A stretch of 64,000 bases of DNA, taken from positions 2,294,001-2,358,000 of the forward strand of contig OZ374560.1 in the NCBI GenBank assembly GCA_977862235.1, written 5' to 3'. A program made the translations under genes and the position numbers. Of the stretch, positions 46,605-59,447 are shown one piece after another. The stretch is from Dudresnaya verticillata. Lineage: Eukaryota. Each line of letters starts with the position of its first letter. The stretch's first letter is position 1. The notes below the pieces were generated by a model. It saw only the letters and a program-made list of their open reading frames with translations. It did no database searches and was not told the DNA's origin.

Positions 46605-49591
46605 TGTTATACAGAGCTGTTGGCTTCTGTTGGGATCTCTTACTAACCAACTAACATATTCACTGACTGTTATCTCTAGCTTGTACAACGTGGTGTTGCA
46701 CAGAACTGCTTGATTCTGTTCAGAGCTGTTACCGCGACGTACTGGACTGCTATCTATGGCTTGTAGAACGTTTCTCAGAGGTGCTAGACTGAGACCTGTA
46801 GCATGGAGGACGTTCATCAGAATTGCTAGACTGTTATTATTAGCTTGAAGTACGTTTAGATTTGTATGTTGTGCGCATGCAACTGTAGCTGTTTGATCTA
46901 GAATAATTTGAGCACTTACCTTCACGCACTCTGTGGAGTAGATAAGGACCAACTGGAGAAGCTCGGACTAGAGAAAAGGGAACAAGTACAACAACAACAA
47001 GAGCTTTTGCAACAAACATATTGGAACACTCGCAGTGCAGACCATCCTGTATGCAGTCTTAGCGCTGATGATGAGAAGCAGAATAGCCTGTCTAACCGAA
47101 GGACGGTTGATTGATACGAATCCCGAGCTCTAACGTTATTCTGGGAAGACACCTGAGACTTCTTGCAAAATGTCCAGGTCTCAGGAAAGCCGTCTCTAAA
47201 GAGTTCTGCAGAAGGAAGGTGAAGTTTCCAGGAGCACTCCTTACCTTGCCTTCTGAAACCCTATTTCTTTTCCTTTCTTACGTTCGCAACGAACGAATCG
47301 CCCGGTCTGATGTTCACGGTAATATGATCCGTTCCATTCTGAAAAACAAGTGTCATTGAAGTATTGTCCCTATCGTCTGCGACCACGTCTGTGGGTGTAC
47401 TCGGCGGCACGGAAAATCAATTCCACGAGAAGATTAACTTTCTGTCCAAGCTTTCATTCTAGAGCCGCTCAAGGACTATGGTTCGAGGGTTAGCTGGCCA
47501 AAACTTTTAACCCATCCGCCAGTCGGGACACTTGCTTGAAACGAAGGAGTAAAGCTAGGCATTGCCCGGTTGTTTTTTATGCTTGGGTGCGACGTAGATT
47601 TGCTTTGCTGTCTACAAGCTGGTTCTCATGGTAGAATGTTCCGGTCCCAAGGGGAATATCCTAGTTATTTTTCCTTACAAGCTTCGCTTCGGTTGAAGCA
47701 AATGGCTTCATTTATGATGCTGCTTGCGTCGACAGTTTGAGTTGCGAGGGAGATTGCGGGCTTCTCCAGGGAAAAATCAAATCTTCATATATGCGAAAGA
47801 TTATTTTGTCCAATGTCCAAGATTGCAAACAGAAGGTCGTAGCACCGAATCTCTTCGTTAGATGCGTGTCGGGAGAATCGGAGAATCGTAAGCGCAACCA
47901 CCGTATGCAACAAAGTAGGACTCTTTATGTCTCTTCGGTTGATAAGAGCTCCCTCCCAGACCAGGGTTTGCGACCAATTCCATTGCCACCCTAGGTGATG
48001 GTTGAAGAAATGCTTTCTGAAGATGCACCATCCATGCCCGTCTGGTCTCATTGGCTCATGTGCACATTTTCAATCTCGATGTCAGGTGTATGGCACGGCC
48101 TCAAAAGTCCGGCTGTCATTTGTCGCCAAATGTGATCTAATATCTTTTCGCTCTTCCTCTGGCGACAGGCGATTGTTTGTTGATAGCTTTCCGTCACAAA
48201 ACGCATCCAATCACCCACATGCACAACAAGACATCATTCTTCGCTTACTGACAAGACCCTTCTTCCCAGCGCAGGACGTGAAATGCTTTCGATAACACCA
48301 TCGATAATCCTGGAATGAGAGGAAGCGCTTGACAGCAACGTTCTGCGCAATAAGCTCTCTTTTCATTGATGTCGAGAAAGGAAAAGACACGAGTAACTAT
48401 GTCAACGCATTTTCAAGGACAAGCCCAGTGACACGTATGTATAAAAGTATACGGCAAGCATATGTTATCACCTGGCGAAAGAGCACGTGGTTCATCGGGA
48501 GAGCATATCACGCCCTGAGCGCACCCAGGGCGCAATGCGCTACTCAAGGGGTACCAACTGCCCAAGTGAGTATGCGTGTCTCTCTGACTGGCCAGGACCT
48601 GTATGTCATTACAATAGCAGCACTAGAGCAAGATGGGCTACGCGTCCAGGGCAAGGGCTAAATATTGCTTACGGGCGAAGATGATGTCGGTCAGCAGGGA
48701 GATATCCGGTTATATCCCTGGCTAGCCTGGCGACAAAGCACTGGCGCCGTAACTTGACGCATCCGCAGCATCAAGATCGCTGTCTAGAGTTGAAGTCAAG
48801 TATCATACCCAGTGTTGTAATGTAGGAAACAACATAACTGTCAAGACTGCAAAGCTGTTAACAGCAAAATTACTCACTTGTACGAGGAACTATGCCGATA
48901 CAGTGACAAAATATCAGAGTGTCCACGATAAATTCAGGTTGCTCAGATTGCTACAATGATGAGTGGGGAGTCTAGAACTACTTTCAAGATTTTCAAAACA
49001 TTCTTTCTCATGCTGTACGATGTAGTATAGGTATTCCCTGCGAGCAATCTCAGTGTTGCAATGAGAGGAGGAGAGTGCCCTACGTACCCAGCCGAAAGGT
49101 GCTTCGCCGCGGTCGAATGACTGACTGCGTGTATTTCGTTGACAACATATCAAAATGTTACCGAACATCAATCGCGTCTGAAATGAAGCCAGCAAGGAAT
49201 AATACGGTGAGGCAATACAAGACAATACCATAAATCCACAAGTGCGCTCTTGGAACACCAGCTGCCGTTCCAACAACAATACATTCTTATGAATGGTTAA
49301 GCCTATTACCCTTTCCCTTCGGGCATACTTGCGGGATAGAACGATATCTGTATATACGAAAGAAATATGAAGAAATACGAAGGTCTTACGCATGCAAGAG
49401 AAGCTCGTTCTTTAGCTGCCTCTGGTTCAAATTCACGCAGATTGTTAGATCTGTGTTACGCAGTTGAAAGGCACAAAGTATCTTGCTATTGCACCCTCAG
49501 CACGGTGACGCTCAACACGACCTCTGCGATAGTGGGAAGTACTTGGACAAAGTCTAAGGAAGTCTCACGTTGGTGATCGCAGGAGTCGGAG

Positions 49592-51022
49592 ATGGTACGG
49601 CTAGAGAACTCGAAGTGCATCGCGGCACTTGTTCTGGTACTGAGCGTTTTTCAAGCACTGAGTCAAACATGTCAACCGGGCAAGTTCAGATCTCGAAACG
49701 GTTGCAAGAAATGTCCAAGGAACACCTTCTCTAGTATTGCAAATGCCACTGAATGCATACCGTGTCCTGCTCGCACATTCTCCCGGGCAGGAACACGAGT
49801 TCTTCAGAAATGCAAGCCTTGTGGTCCGGGAAAGTTATTCAATGAGACGACTGGAAGTTGCAACAAGTGCCCTATTGACACATATAGCAATACTATGGAT
49901 ACCACAGAATGCAATGCTTGCCCGTTTGGAAAAGTTTCTAAAGTTGGTGCACGGACTCTAAAGGACTGTCGAACATGTCCAGTCGGTACAGTTGTGGCTA
50001 GACCGGGCAGGCCAGTTTTTGTGCCGAAATGCAGAAGCTGTCCCAAGGGGCAATCTACGTTTGAGGAGAACTCTAGGGAATGCTCGCTCTGTCCAGTCGG
50101 AACGTTTAAGAATATCAAGAAGGGCGAATGTCGCCTATGCCCTGTTGGAACATTTACAGACGAAACAGGGACATTGTTATGCACAAAATGTCCGATGGGT
50201 TTCTTCCAAGACAAGACTGGTGCTACTATCTGCAAGAAGTGTCCAGAGAACTCCACGACACGATCGGAAGGGGCGAGCGTCTGTCGCCCAAAATGCAAAC
50301 CGTCTTCGAAGGGCTGTAACATTGTTGCATGTCTTCCAGGATTCGGAATCGATCCCGAGACGAAGGAATGCAAGGAATGTCCTCCAGGAACTGTGAGCCC
50401 CGCATTGTCAACAACTTCATGTGTTCCTTGTCCTGTAGGGGACGGGACTGTAAATTTGGCAAGGACAAGATGTGTTTGCGAACCTGGCTTCCGGATAGCC
50501 AAGAATGGAGAATGTGTGAAGTGTGAGTCGGGATTCTCAAACGACGATGGAAGAAAGTGTATGTGTGTGTTGAACAAGAGAATTTCGGATGATTGCGAGT
50601 GTCCTCCTCTCACGAGACAGACAGACAATAGGTGTGTGGAATGTAATCCCAGGTTTGATCTCGACAGAGGATGCATCGTTTGCAACTTTGGGGAGTTCTT
50701 CAACAAGCCGTTGAGGCGATGTGAGATGTGTCCAGCTAACACATTTAGCTCTAAGAATGGGGTGAACTGTAATCCATGTCCGGGAGGTAGCACCGCAATG
50801 CCAGGATCAGGAGGATGCGAATGTCCTCAAGGGGCGGGTCTAATCGGGGGATCTTGCGAGCCATGCCCACCGGGTTCAGCACAAGACGAGTTCAATGCTC
50901 TGAAGTGCAAACTGTGTGAGAGGGGATTCTTCTCGAATAAGTCGGGGGCCAGAAGGTGCATGATGTGTCCAGAAAGTTTACAACGGCCTAACCGTGGAGC
51001 CACTTCCTGTCTCCCTGAGTAA
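49592..51022 (+). CDS. Secreted Cys-rich protein with tandem CxxCPxGTF repeats (ephrin-receptor-like/GCC2_GCC3-type), 476 aa
   Basis: Intact intronless ORF, hydrophobic leader CIAALVLVLSVFQALS, more than 10 CxxCP repeats, no obvious transmembrane segment. Confidence 0.9.
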   Translation: MVRLENSKCIAALVLVLSVFQALSQTCQPGKFRSRNGCKKCPRNTFSSIANATECIPCPARTFSRAGTRVLQKCKPCGPGKLFNETTGSCNKCPIDTYSNTMDTTECNACPFGKVSKVGARTLKDCRTCPVGTVVARPGRPVFVPKCRSCPKGQSTFEENSRECSLCPVGTFKNIKKGECRLCPVGTFTDETGTLLCTKCPMGFFQDKTGATICKKCPENSTTRSEGASVCRPKCKPSSKGCNIVACLPGFGIDPETKECKECPPGTVSPALSTTSCVPCPVGDGTVNLARTRCVCEPGFRIAKNGECVKCESGFSNDDGRKCMCVLNKRISDDCECPPLTRQTDNRCVECNPRFDLDRGCIVCNFGEFFNKPLRRCEMCPANTFSSKNGVNCNPCPGGSTAMPGSGGCECPQGAGLIGGSCEPCPPGSAQDEFNALKCKLCERGFFSNKSGARRCMMCPESLQRPNRGATSCLPE

Positions 51023-52199
51023 GCAACAAATTCTTCTCGAACTCGATTTCCACGAGCAATAGATGCTTTTGCGATTCTGTTTTCACGAATACAGGCCCTG
51101 AGGGCGAAATAGAAAGCTCAATGACATCGTAAAGAAGTTATTGAATTCTTAAAAATGTATGCAGGCGCTCGGGAAAAGCAAGACGGCTCTAAATTCTGTT
51201 GCTCTTTTGTTCTCTTGTTCTTTAATAAAGGTCTCTCTCTCTCTCTCTTTTGGACTGATAGTCTCCTGATTACTAGGTAGATTGATTCTGTAGTATCTTT
51301 TAGGGGTAAACGTCACTTTACGAAAGTATGACGCTAGAGCATCCCTACTGGATACTCTTAAGCTCTACATAGGAGGCAAATATGCAGGAGTCAAGCGGTG
51401 TACGACGATTGACGCTGACGGCGACAAACTGCGTAAACAAACGAGACAAGACGAGTCAAGAGAGCATGTTTCTCAGCAAGCGGGCAACTGCCTTTCTTTT
51501 CGGCAAGAAAGTTGGCGAAAACTTGAGCGCAGATGTCGAAGCTGTTGGCGCCCGGCCACGGATTGGTAGGCATTGGCAATGGGTGAGACAGTTTACGTTC
51601 GCGACGGGCGAGACAGTCTACGTTGGTGGTACCGACGGTTTGCGCGTCGTAGTTTCGGTTCGGTTTACTTTCGGTTGGTCGTAAGGCCGACAGATCTATA
51701 GTACTTATGGGGGGTGAGGTCGGCGGATCCAGTAAAGAGGGTAGATTTAGAGCAACAAATCCCGGGTTCAGCAAAGCCAGCACCGGTGCTCCCATATATA
51801 GCAATGAACATCGGGTACAGAAGTTTTAGGTTTTAGGGGAGGAAGAGATGGGGACCTTTATGGTAGGGTTGGAAGGGCGCTAAGTCGCCCCGTCTACGCA
51901 AGGACCTACCTGAAGGGCAAGACGACGGCGATTGATCGCCAGCGCCTGAAAGCGGAGAAGATGAGATACAATGCGATTCGTGAGTAGGTTTTAGGGGCAG
52001 GGCACTTCTGCCCATTGTAGATACCTACTGAAGTAGGATCTTAAGTAGGGAGCATCACAGCACTACACCAAGCAAAGCCACACTGAAGCGGCAATAGCTT
52101 AGTGGTTTCTTTTTGCTTGGTCCGCCATGGAGGTCGTGGGATCGAGTCCCGCGGGTGTGTGCACGTGCGAAGCTGGAGAGTAGTCTACACCATCTCTCT

Positions 52200-52650
52200 C
52201 CCGCTCTCTGCGCTCACTTTTTTGGGCAGCGATTGTTGCCATCTGGATGCCATTTCTCTCCTTGTTAATATTGCAGAGAAGTTGGCATGGATGTATGACG
52301 CGGCCCACGTACCTCATGGTCTACTCTTGTCAAAAGTAGAACGCTATGCTAATCTTGTTGCAGATTTCGCGGATTGGAGTAAACCGGATGAGCCAGGACT
52401 CCACCGAGGATACATTACTACTGCCTTGCGCCACCGACCGGCTCCTGGCGATCCGATGGCACCTGGGGTCCTTCCCCATGCCCCACGCCCGGCCATCCAC
52501 AGCTACTGCCACTCGTCACCTTCGTACGGCGCTCTACTGCCTGTCCGACCCAAACCCTTCCCCCCAAGCCCTCAACACCGTTAGCCTCGCCATCAACGCG
52601 ATCCACTGCCTTGGCTGCATTATGCTACATCCCCCGACGCCGGGTTAGCC
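52200..52650 (+). mobile_element. LINE-related 3' fragment
   Basis: LPCATDRLLAIRWHLGSFP motif shared with fragments at 17.8 and 18.8 kb. Boundaries approximate. Confidence 0.45.
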
Positions 52651-53955
52651 ATATAGACCTTCTAACGTAGAACGTAGTGTGTTGGCTCATAGGCCTTTGC
52701 AGCCGAAGCCGACGCATTCTAAATCCTGTCCTGTAAAGTTTATCATCACCGAGTAAACAGACGCACGGTGAGACGAAAGAAAAATATTCTGCTCGATATA
52801 ACTCACATATTGAGGTCTGTACGGTAAAAGTAACTAATAAGGTGTACATTGGTCTTGAATAAACCCGCAAACCTGCGTCCGCTGTACAAGGAGAAACTTG
52901 CTTGCGCGTGCCTTTAACGCCACTACGGTATTCATCCGGTTGTGTGTACGTCCAATAACTCTCGTTAAACTTACTTGATACCCGACGATTAACGATCTGA
53001 TGCACGGAATTCCATTGCACAATTTAGCTGGCCTCTTCAACAACAGATAAACGTAAATACTTGTTTTGCAACAAACATCCAGTTCTGTTTTGCGATAACC
53101 CCTCCATTAAAATGAGGCATCTCAGTTGTGATTTCAGATTGTGTCTGAAATTCCACGCTCCTCCCGTCAAGTGCTCTTCAGTCCCTTGTAGTGGAAATTC
53201 TTACCCATGCTGCTCCCGAAGTTGTTTCAATGTCAAGTCTTTTAAAAAATGCACGAGTTAAACCACATCCCAACTATCGTTCAAGGCATGTAGCACAACC
53301 TGGAATCTTATTCTTCGCAAAATGTACGGTTGGTCTGCGATCGCAGGTGAACGCTCGGTCCCATATGCGGCACCAGGAGCGGCACCGTTGCATCTAATTG
53401 TTTCTCAGTGATTTCCATCATGAACAAGCTCTAATCGAGACTATAGAATTTACTCGGAGAGTAAACCCAATTTGAAGGGCTTGCGTTACATTCAGTTGTG
53501 ACAGAGCACCTCCGAGAGATTGCGTGTGTATGATGCATGTTCACAAAATTAAATGCAAACGGACAATCGGGAGTTGTCCAGCCTCAAATGCGAACAAAGC
53601 CTCGGAGAAAAGAAATAAATACAGAAGATCAATTCTTAATGCATTTAAGAGAAAATCACGCAAGGAAGCAGAACCGACTTAAGAATGTATTAAAGAGCAA
53701 AATGCAAAGTTGTCGAGCGCACAAATGCAAATAGCAAAAGAAGGCTTTCAGGAGCAAATTCCCTGCCCATCGTTTCCTTGTGCCCTACAGATTATTCCTA
53801 TGGGCCCAAAATCCCAGCAATGGATATCAGTACAGCGAAACTAAAATGTAATATTTCTTTCTTTCAAGGAAGGTGAAACTTGCGCCTAGACCAGGAGGCC
53901 CGTCGTTTTATGTGCGGATACCAACAGTTGGTCGAGCCTGCCGCGGTTACCCTGT

Positions 53956-54999
53956 CTAAAAGGATCGGTCGACAGGCCCGCTGTCCGCGTCCCCCTTAAC
54001 TGGCGGTCGCCAGACCGCCGAGAAAGAGGAAATCCGACGTCGTGACCTATCGCACAGCTGCGAGGACAGGAGCAGGCCCTTCCCGGCGTTAAGATATCGC
54101 CGGCAAGAACATTCTGAGGCCCAGCGTCCCTTCTGCATAACGTCCAGCAACGGTACATCTTTCAGGAATGCGTCTGTGGCTCCACAGTGACGAAAGGAGT
54201 GTAGACTGTTCCCGACAGTATCCAACGAAAGAACCTTGAGAGCTCTTCGAAGTGCCATGTTAAAAGAGTAGTAAGACATTCCGAACGGTAGGTCGTTTGG
54301 GTGTTGAGCGCAGTTCTGTGTAAAATGTGCGTGCAGCTGTTGGCAAAGATGGGCATCGCTTAATGGCACGAATTGGAAGTTTCCAGTCTTTGCTTGTCGG
54401 ACGAACAGTCCTCCTCGGGAGGGCTCCTGCCTCGACGACAACCACAAGTCACCCGGAAGGGCTATATCGCAATGTCGCAATCCGAGCACTTCATGTGCGC
54501 GAAGAAACCCATGAAAGGCTATGGAAAAAGCAAGAGCGATCCTTACGTGTCCGGCCTTGAGTGCGACGCTACAAACGGCGTCTACAATCCCAACGGAGAG
54601 CGGTGGGGGGGGGACCGGGGTGGCATTAGTCTTTCCCATCTTTTCGCCGCAACGCGAGAATGGCGCAGGCGTTGGTGGAGAGACGGCATAAAACACAATC
54701 CCGGCAATGATGTAGAGCAGCTTCTGACGTTGACCGCGTTTGGGTTTTTCTTCGGACGGTAGGAGCGCATAGCCAGCGAGGAGTTCGTCCAAATCTTCAG
54801 GCGGGCTTATATTAGGGTAGCTTCCTTGTAGCCATGACAGGAAATCCAGGACCCCTCGACGGTAAACAACCAGTGTGCTCGGCTTGATGGCGCATTCGGG
54901 TAGTGGGGACAGGTTGCGAACCCGGGCGTCGATTCTGTGGAGCAGATCACCGCCGCCTGGAACACGCGAAATGTTAGCTGAACAACCTTGACGGGGCAT
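53956..54999 (-). CDS. Tyrosine recombinase of the DIRS-like element
   Basis: GFLRAHE (R), AKT (K), HSFRH (HxxR), GRW and RRYL (catalytic Y) motifs in a 347-aa open frame. Confidence 0.9.
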   Translation of the reverse strand: MPRQGCSANISRVPGGGDLLHRIDARVRNLSPLPECAIKPSTLVVYRRGVLDFLSWLQGSYPNISPPEDLDELLAGYALLPSEEKPKRGQRQKLLYIIAGIVFYAVSPPTPAPFSRCGEKMGKTNATPVPPPPLSVGIVDAVCSVALKAGHVRIALAFSIAFHGFLRAHEVLGLRHCDIALPGDLWLSSRQEPSRGGLFVRQAKTGNFQFVPLSDAHLCQQLHAHFTQNCAQHPNDLPFGMSYYSFNMALRRALKVLSLDTVGNSLHSFRHCGATDAFLKDVPLLDVMQKGRWASECSCRRYLNAGKGLLLSSQLCDRSRRRISSFSAVWRPPVKGDADSGPVDRSF

Positions 55000-57400
55000 C
55001 TGCCGGGTTAAGGCCTGACGGAATCCAGTAGATGTCGACCTGAATCCCAGCCACGGTGGCTATGGCAGCGAACCGGCGACAATCTCGGTTGAGGAGTACT
55101 GATGAAGATCTCCCTTTTGCCAGGGCACCGAGAACAGCAGTGTTGTCTATGAAAAGGCTGACACGGTGGAGGGCAGTCGCGGCGGAGCGGTTCTTGTGTC
55201 ACAGTGCCAGGATGGCAGCCTCCATTTCCAAAGCGTTTATATGCTCGCCATGGCGACGCCAGGCCGTGCTTACGGCAGTCTTGAAGGCCAGTGACTTGAA
55301 TAAGGAGACGAAAGCCGTTGGTACCGTTGTCGACGAACGTTCACAACCATCTCCAGGGCTGCAAGAAATTTCTTGCTTAAGCATCTAGGGGGAGTACGGA
55401 CCTTTGTACCGCAACCTTGAGTACCAATCTTTTACGACTCTTGTTGGTGCCACGCAATCGCTGAATTGAAACCCTGCGATTCCTCTAGATCCAAATATGT
55501 GACTCCACCGCCTTTCATGGAGGCACCGGAGGCGTATACACGGTTTCTTCTTGGCGTCGTGAAGTCAGCATACAAGATAGGGAAAACGTCGAGTAAGATG
55601 TTCAGCTCGGCAATAACGCCTTGGGGGAGGGGCCGGCGCCGGACCCGCCCAGGAAGGGGCGCGAAATGGAAAACATATGACATCACAGAAAGGAGACCTC
55701 GGCGTAGAAGGCAGGCCCATCCCCAGAGCCCACAAGCACTCTGAATCTCCTGCGGGGACGCTTTTCTGGTTGTCAGAATTTCTTCAGTGGAGCCTTTCAA
55801 ACGACGCGCGAAAGAGGGCTTGACAGTAAGCACTCCTGATTGTTGAGCGCAGGTTGGCGATGGAAGATGGGAGGTTGGTTTCAGGCAGATACCTTCTCAT
55901 CTCGGAGAAGGGCGGGGAGCTGGGCTTTTATACTCAAACGCATTGGTACGAATTCTATTCCTTACGTACAACGACGTACTGTGTTGTAAGCTATTACGCA
56001 ATAGGCATTGCTACAAATTACGGTCCCGTCGGAGACTCTGATTCTGATTACGTCACGTACAAAGATGCCTACAGCCTGCATGCTGTTGTTGGGATACTAA
56101 CAGGATTGTAATCAAATCATAGAGCCTGGTGGGACGTTCCAAATCTTAAAAGAGGCTGGAATAGTATTCCCATAGGACACGTATTCTTCATGGAAAAAGA
56201 TGAACGGGCATATTTCAACACTGATGGCCACCACCAGAGACCCAAAGGCTCGTTTGGCGAAGACGACACGTACTGCCGCTTGGAGGGAACGGTCTCGAGG
56301 TTGTGCTTCCGCAGCACAGAGACCACAAGGTCTATGCAACGGTTTACCTTCCTCTTGTCTGTTCCAATAGCGCTGAAGTCATCCAAGTAGACAATCACAA
56401 CATTTTCTCCCCGTTCCAGGCAAGATTTCCCCCCGCGTAGCAGGAGATTTCGGCCGAGGCCCGACCGCCTATTACACCGCCTTACTATGGCAAGCGACAC
56501 CCTCTGAGCTAGGCAAACCGCAAACAAAGCCCCCATCGGTATACACTGCAGGCAGGGGATCACAAAAGTTGAGCCCTGCACTCCCAGAAGCGCCAGTTCC
56601 GAGGTGCAAATACGAGATAGACAAGGAATGGGACCAGAAAGTTCGGTGCCCGGAGGCGATTGTAGAACTGCGATACATCACAACTTGAAAGGTAGAGGCG
56701 TTTCCCAGGCGGGAGCCGCAATGTTGCGATCAGATCGGGCGTGGGGAGCTCCACATAGCTGGCCTCAGCACGGAACAATGGGTTGGATCTGTTTCCTCCC
56801 CAGAGGAGCCGCTGGGTCTCCCCCACCTCCTTCCATACTCCGAAAAGCGAATTTTCCATAACACCCTCAGAGGGCCCGAGGAAGGTCACCATGTTGCTCC
56901 CATCCATTCTATGCAGAATCTTCTCCTAATGGCCCTTCTTCACTCCTAAGTGCACTCGTCGGCTCCCGGTCAGGTCTACCAGCCACTCACTTCTCTTCTT
57001 GATTATATGTTCTTCTGTTAAAATGTACTTATCATTAGCCCCAAGTATGAGGCGAGGATCAGCAGTTGCCGCTTCGGAGGGCCCTGGGATGGTCACCTGT
57101 TCGAAGTCCAACAGGCAGTATTCCCCCCGCAGTTCACCTCCATATGCGAAGGCTGCCGCCGCTGAAAGTTCAGAAGACTGAGCAGCCTTATCCAACTCAG
57201 CTGTGCGAGCGACTGATTCTCGCAGCTGAGTTTCGGCCCGCACGGACGTCGCGCCCCGCTGTTGGGTACGGGCCGCGACCGGCGGGCCGGTGTTGCCAGT
57301 CACCATCCCGTCGAGGGCGGCCTTGAGGTGCGTGCCTGTCGACACCTTAGACCCCCAGTTGCGAGCGGGAAGTGACCTGCGGTCTAGGTCAATTCTTTCG
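54985..57400 (-). pseudogene. RT-RNase H of the DIRS-like element, frameshifted and interrupted
   Basis: LPTP...DVSQFY, IPMG and VYLDD (RT); ASGAS..GGGV, HINALE, DNTAVLGALAKGRSSS and NPADAPSR (RNase H). Confidence 0.85.
55841..56220. mobile_element. Solo LTR inserted in the DIRS-like RT gene
   Basis: TGTTGA...TCAACA termini and TSD ctgat (55836-55840, 56221-56225). Removal rejoins WWWP-SGVLTVKP. Confidence 0.9.
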
Positions 57401-57404
57401 ATCC

Positions 57405-59447
57405 TCAAATCAACTCCTCCGTCTCCGGAAGAGCGCCCCCACCGATACCCATAAATGACAGTTTCTTGACTATGAAAGCTGTCCGAGCCGACTTCTCCAC
57501 TGTTAGTGCTCTCTCGATCACTAGGAGTCTGCGTACCATTCGTTCTATCGCGGTCGCGTAAATCAGCTGCTGCGCGTGGAATTCGTCGAGAAGACTTGCC
57601 AGCGCGAGGCCAGTGCTCATGAGTTCCCTCGCCAAGTATCCGTCCCCGCCGTCCCTCTCTACGGACCCCGCTTTCGCTGCAAGCTGCTCCACCCAAGGGC
57701 GGATCGAGCCGTTCGACATCCAGCGATGCAACTCGAACGGGGCCCGACGCTTGCATGGGGCGGGTAAACCCGAAACGAAAGCTCCCAGCCTTTACGACAG
57801 TTGATAACTTGTGCCTCCTCTGTGTCCACAGTGTGTGCCGAGACCTGCCCTACTTATATAGCACTACTGGTCTCGGCTCAAACAGGTGGAGCACTACCAA
57901 AAGATCCTACCGCGAACTCTATCCGATACCACTATTCGACTAGGTCAGAAGGAAAAGGTAACTACTCGTGTATCTTGCTTATCGAAATCCGCCCCCGGTT
58001 TCATTGTAGTTTTCTTATAAGGTAATCCGAGATTAGCTGGGCCTTGGGCCATGCACAGTCCTGGTTTTCACGTGGCAACATTCTCTACAGGCGAAACCCA
58101 GGGAGTTTGCCAAGCGCCGGGCCGGGCGTATGCGGAAAAGGGGCATAGCCTCCAGGATGTCTGAGCAGTCCTGGCGATCCTCGGTAAGACCGCTGGCGCG
58201 ACAAATCTCTCGACTGAGACGCTCCCCGGCGTAGAAGTACCATTGCAGACTCTGCAAGTCCTTTGCTGTCGATACCTGGATCTGAAGCGGCTCGTAAAGT
58301 CGTCGGAACGTTTCTCCTCCCTGTCGAAGGACTTGAAGCATCTTGCCAGGGAGGCCTGAAAACTCCGTGTCCGTGTCCAGGGAGTGTCTGAACCGGGCCG
58401 AGGGCCCCCGACTCATAGCGCGCTCCGGTTGGAAGTCACCATCTTCACTTGAATTATACTCGGAGCCATGCAGGGCAGAGAGAGGCCGGCGAACAAAGGG
58501 CCCTCTGGGACGCCGGCGCGAGATGGGGCATCTTCCGGTTGAGTGCTATGTGCACGATAACCCCCTCGGCTTGACGGAGCGATGACAGTTGGTCGACCCA
58601 GCGAAGCCGTCACTGGGGCATCTCCGGCCTCAGCGGTCTCTGGCCGGCTAGGGAAACTCGCAGTGTGCAACTCAGTAAGGAAGCGGCGGCAAGATGAGGC
58701 TGAAGGGCTAGGCGGGTGGTCCGTCGCGCTCAAGAAAGCGCCAAGCTGTTTAGCGTCCAGTGGATCGACATCCCTAAGCTCCTCGAGGCTCCAGCAATTT
58801 GTGAATTTCACCCGCCTGGTCTCCACGTCAGCATCGAAATATCTACCAATAAACCCGCTTGCCGTGTTTTCCGCAACATTCGCTTCCCAAAAGGACAGAA
58901 GAAGTTTTACTGCCCTCGATCCCGTCATCTTAGGCGTATGGAAGCTTGTAGGTCGGCCAGCGCGCGTCTTCAGTTCGTCGCATTTGATTCCCATCGCAGC
59001 CAAAGCTCTACTAATAGGGATAGAGGCCCTGTGCGGGTTGTCCTTGATAAAACGAGTATCTAACGCCATCGAAGCAGTCTTGCGGCCTTCGGAGTCATCC
59101 ACGCGCGCATCCCAAGCTCGCTGCATGTGGAATACTATCTCTATAACGGATCGTGACTCCTCAACTGGCAACAAATAGACGTTGCGCAGCTCCTCTATGA
59201 ATTCATCCTTGCCTGCTCCGCCAACCGGGACAACGACCTTGTTTGACAACTCTCTATCGAGCGAAGAGACAATCTCTTCAAGAACAGTCTTTAGCTCTTC
59301 GATGTTGAGCTGTGGAAACAGGTCACCAGAAAGCGCCGGCCAGGGTAGGGTTCTGAGGAAAGAAAAGAGCTCCGCCCCCTTTTGCCCCTTAATACGCACC
59401 ACGGCGTCCTCAAGGACCACTGCGAGGAGAGTCAACGATATTCTCAA
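57405..59447 (-). pseudogene. ORF1 (gag-like) of the DIRS-like element, fragmented
   Basis: Consecutive minus-strand ORFs of 344, 127 and 108 aa upstream of RT; no recognisable motif. Confidence 0.55.

Noticed and set aside
49804..50793. 329-aa minus-strand ORF, and likewise 44185-45168 on the plus strand
   Set aside because: Antisense shadows of the Cys-rich genes; the His/Gly/Gln pattern mirrors Cys/Pro codons.
53956..54999. Phage integrase or bacterial contamination
   Set aside because: It lies directly downstream of RT-RNase H in DIRS-like order, with no prokaryotic gene context.
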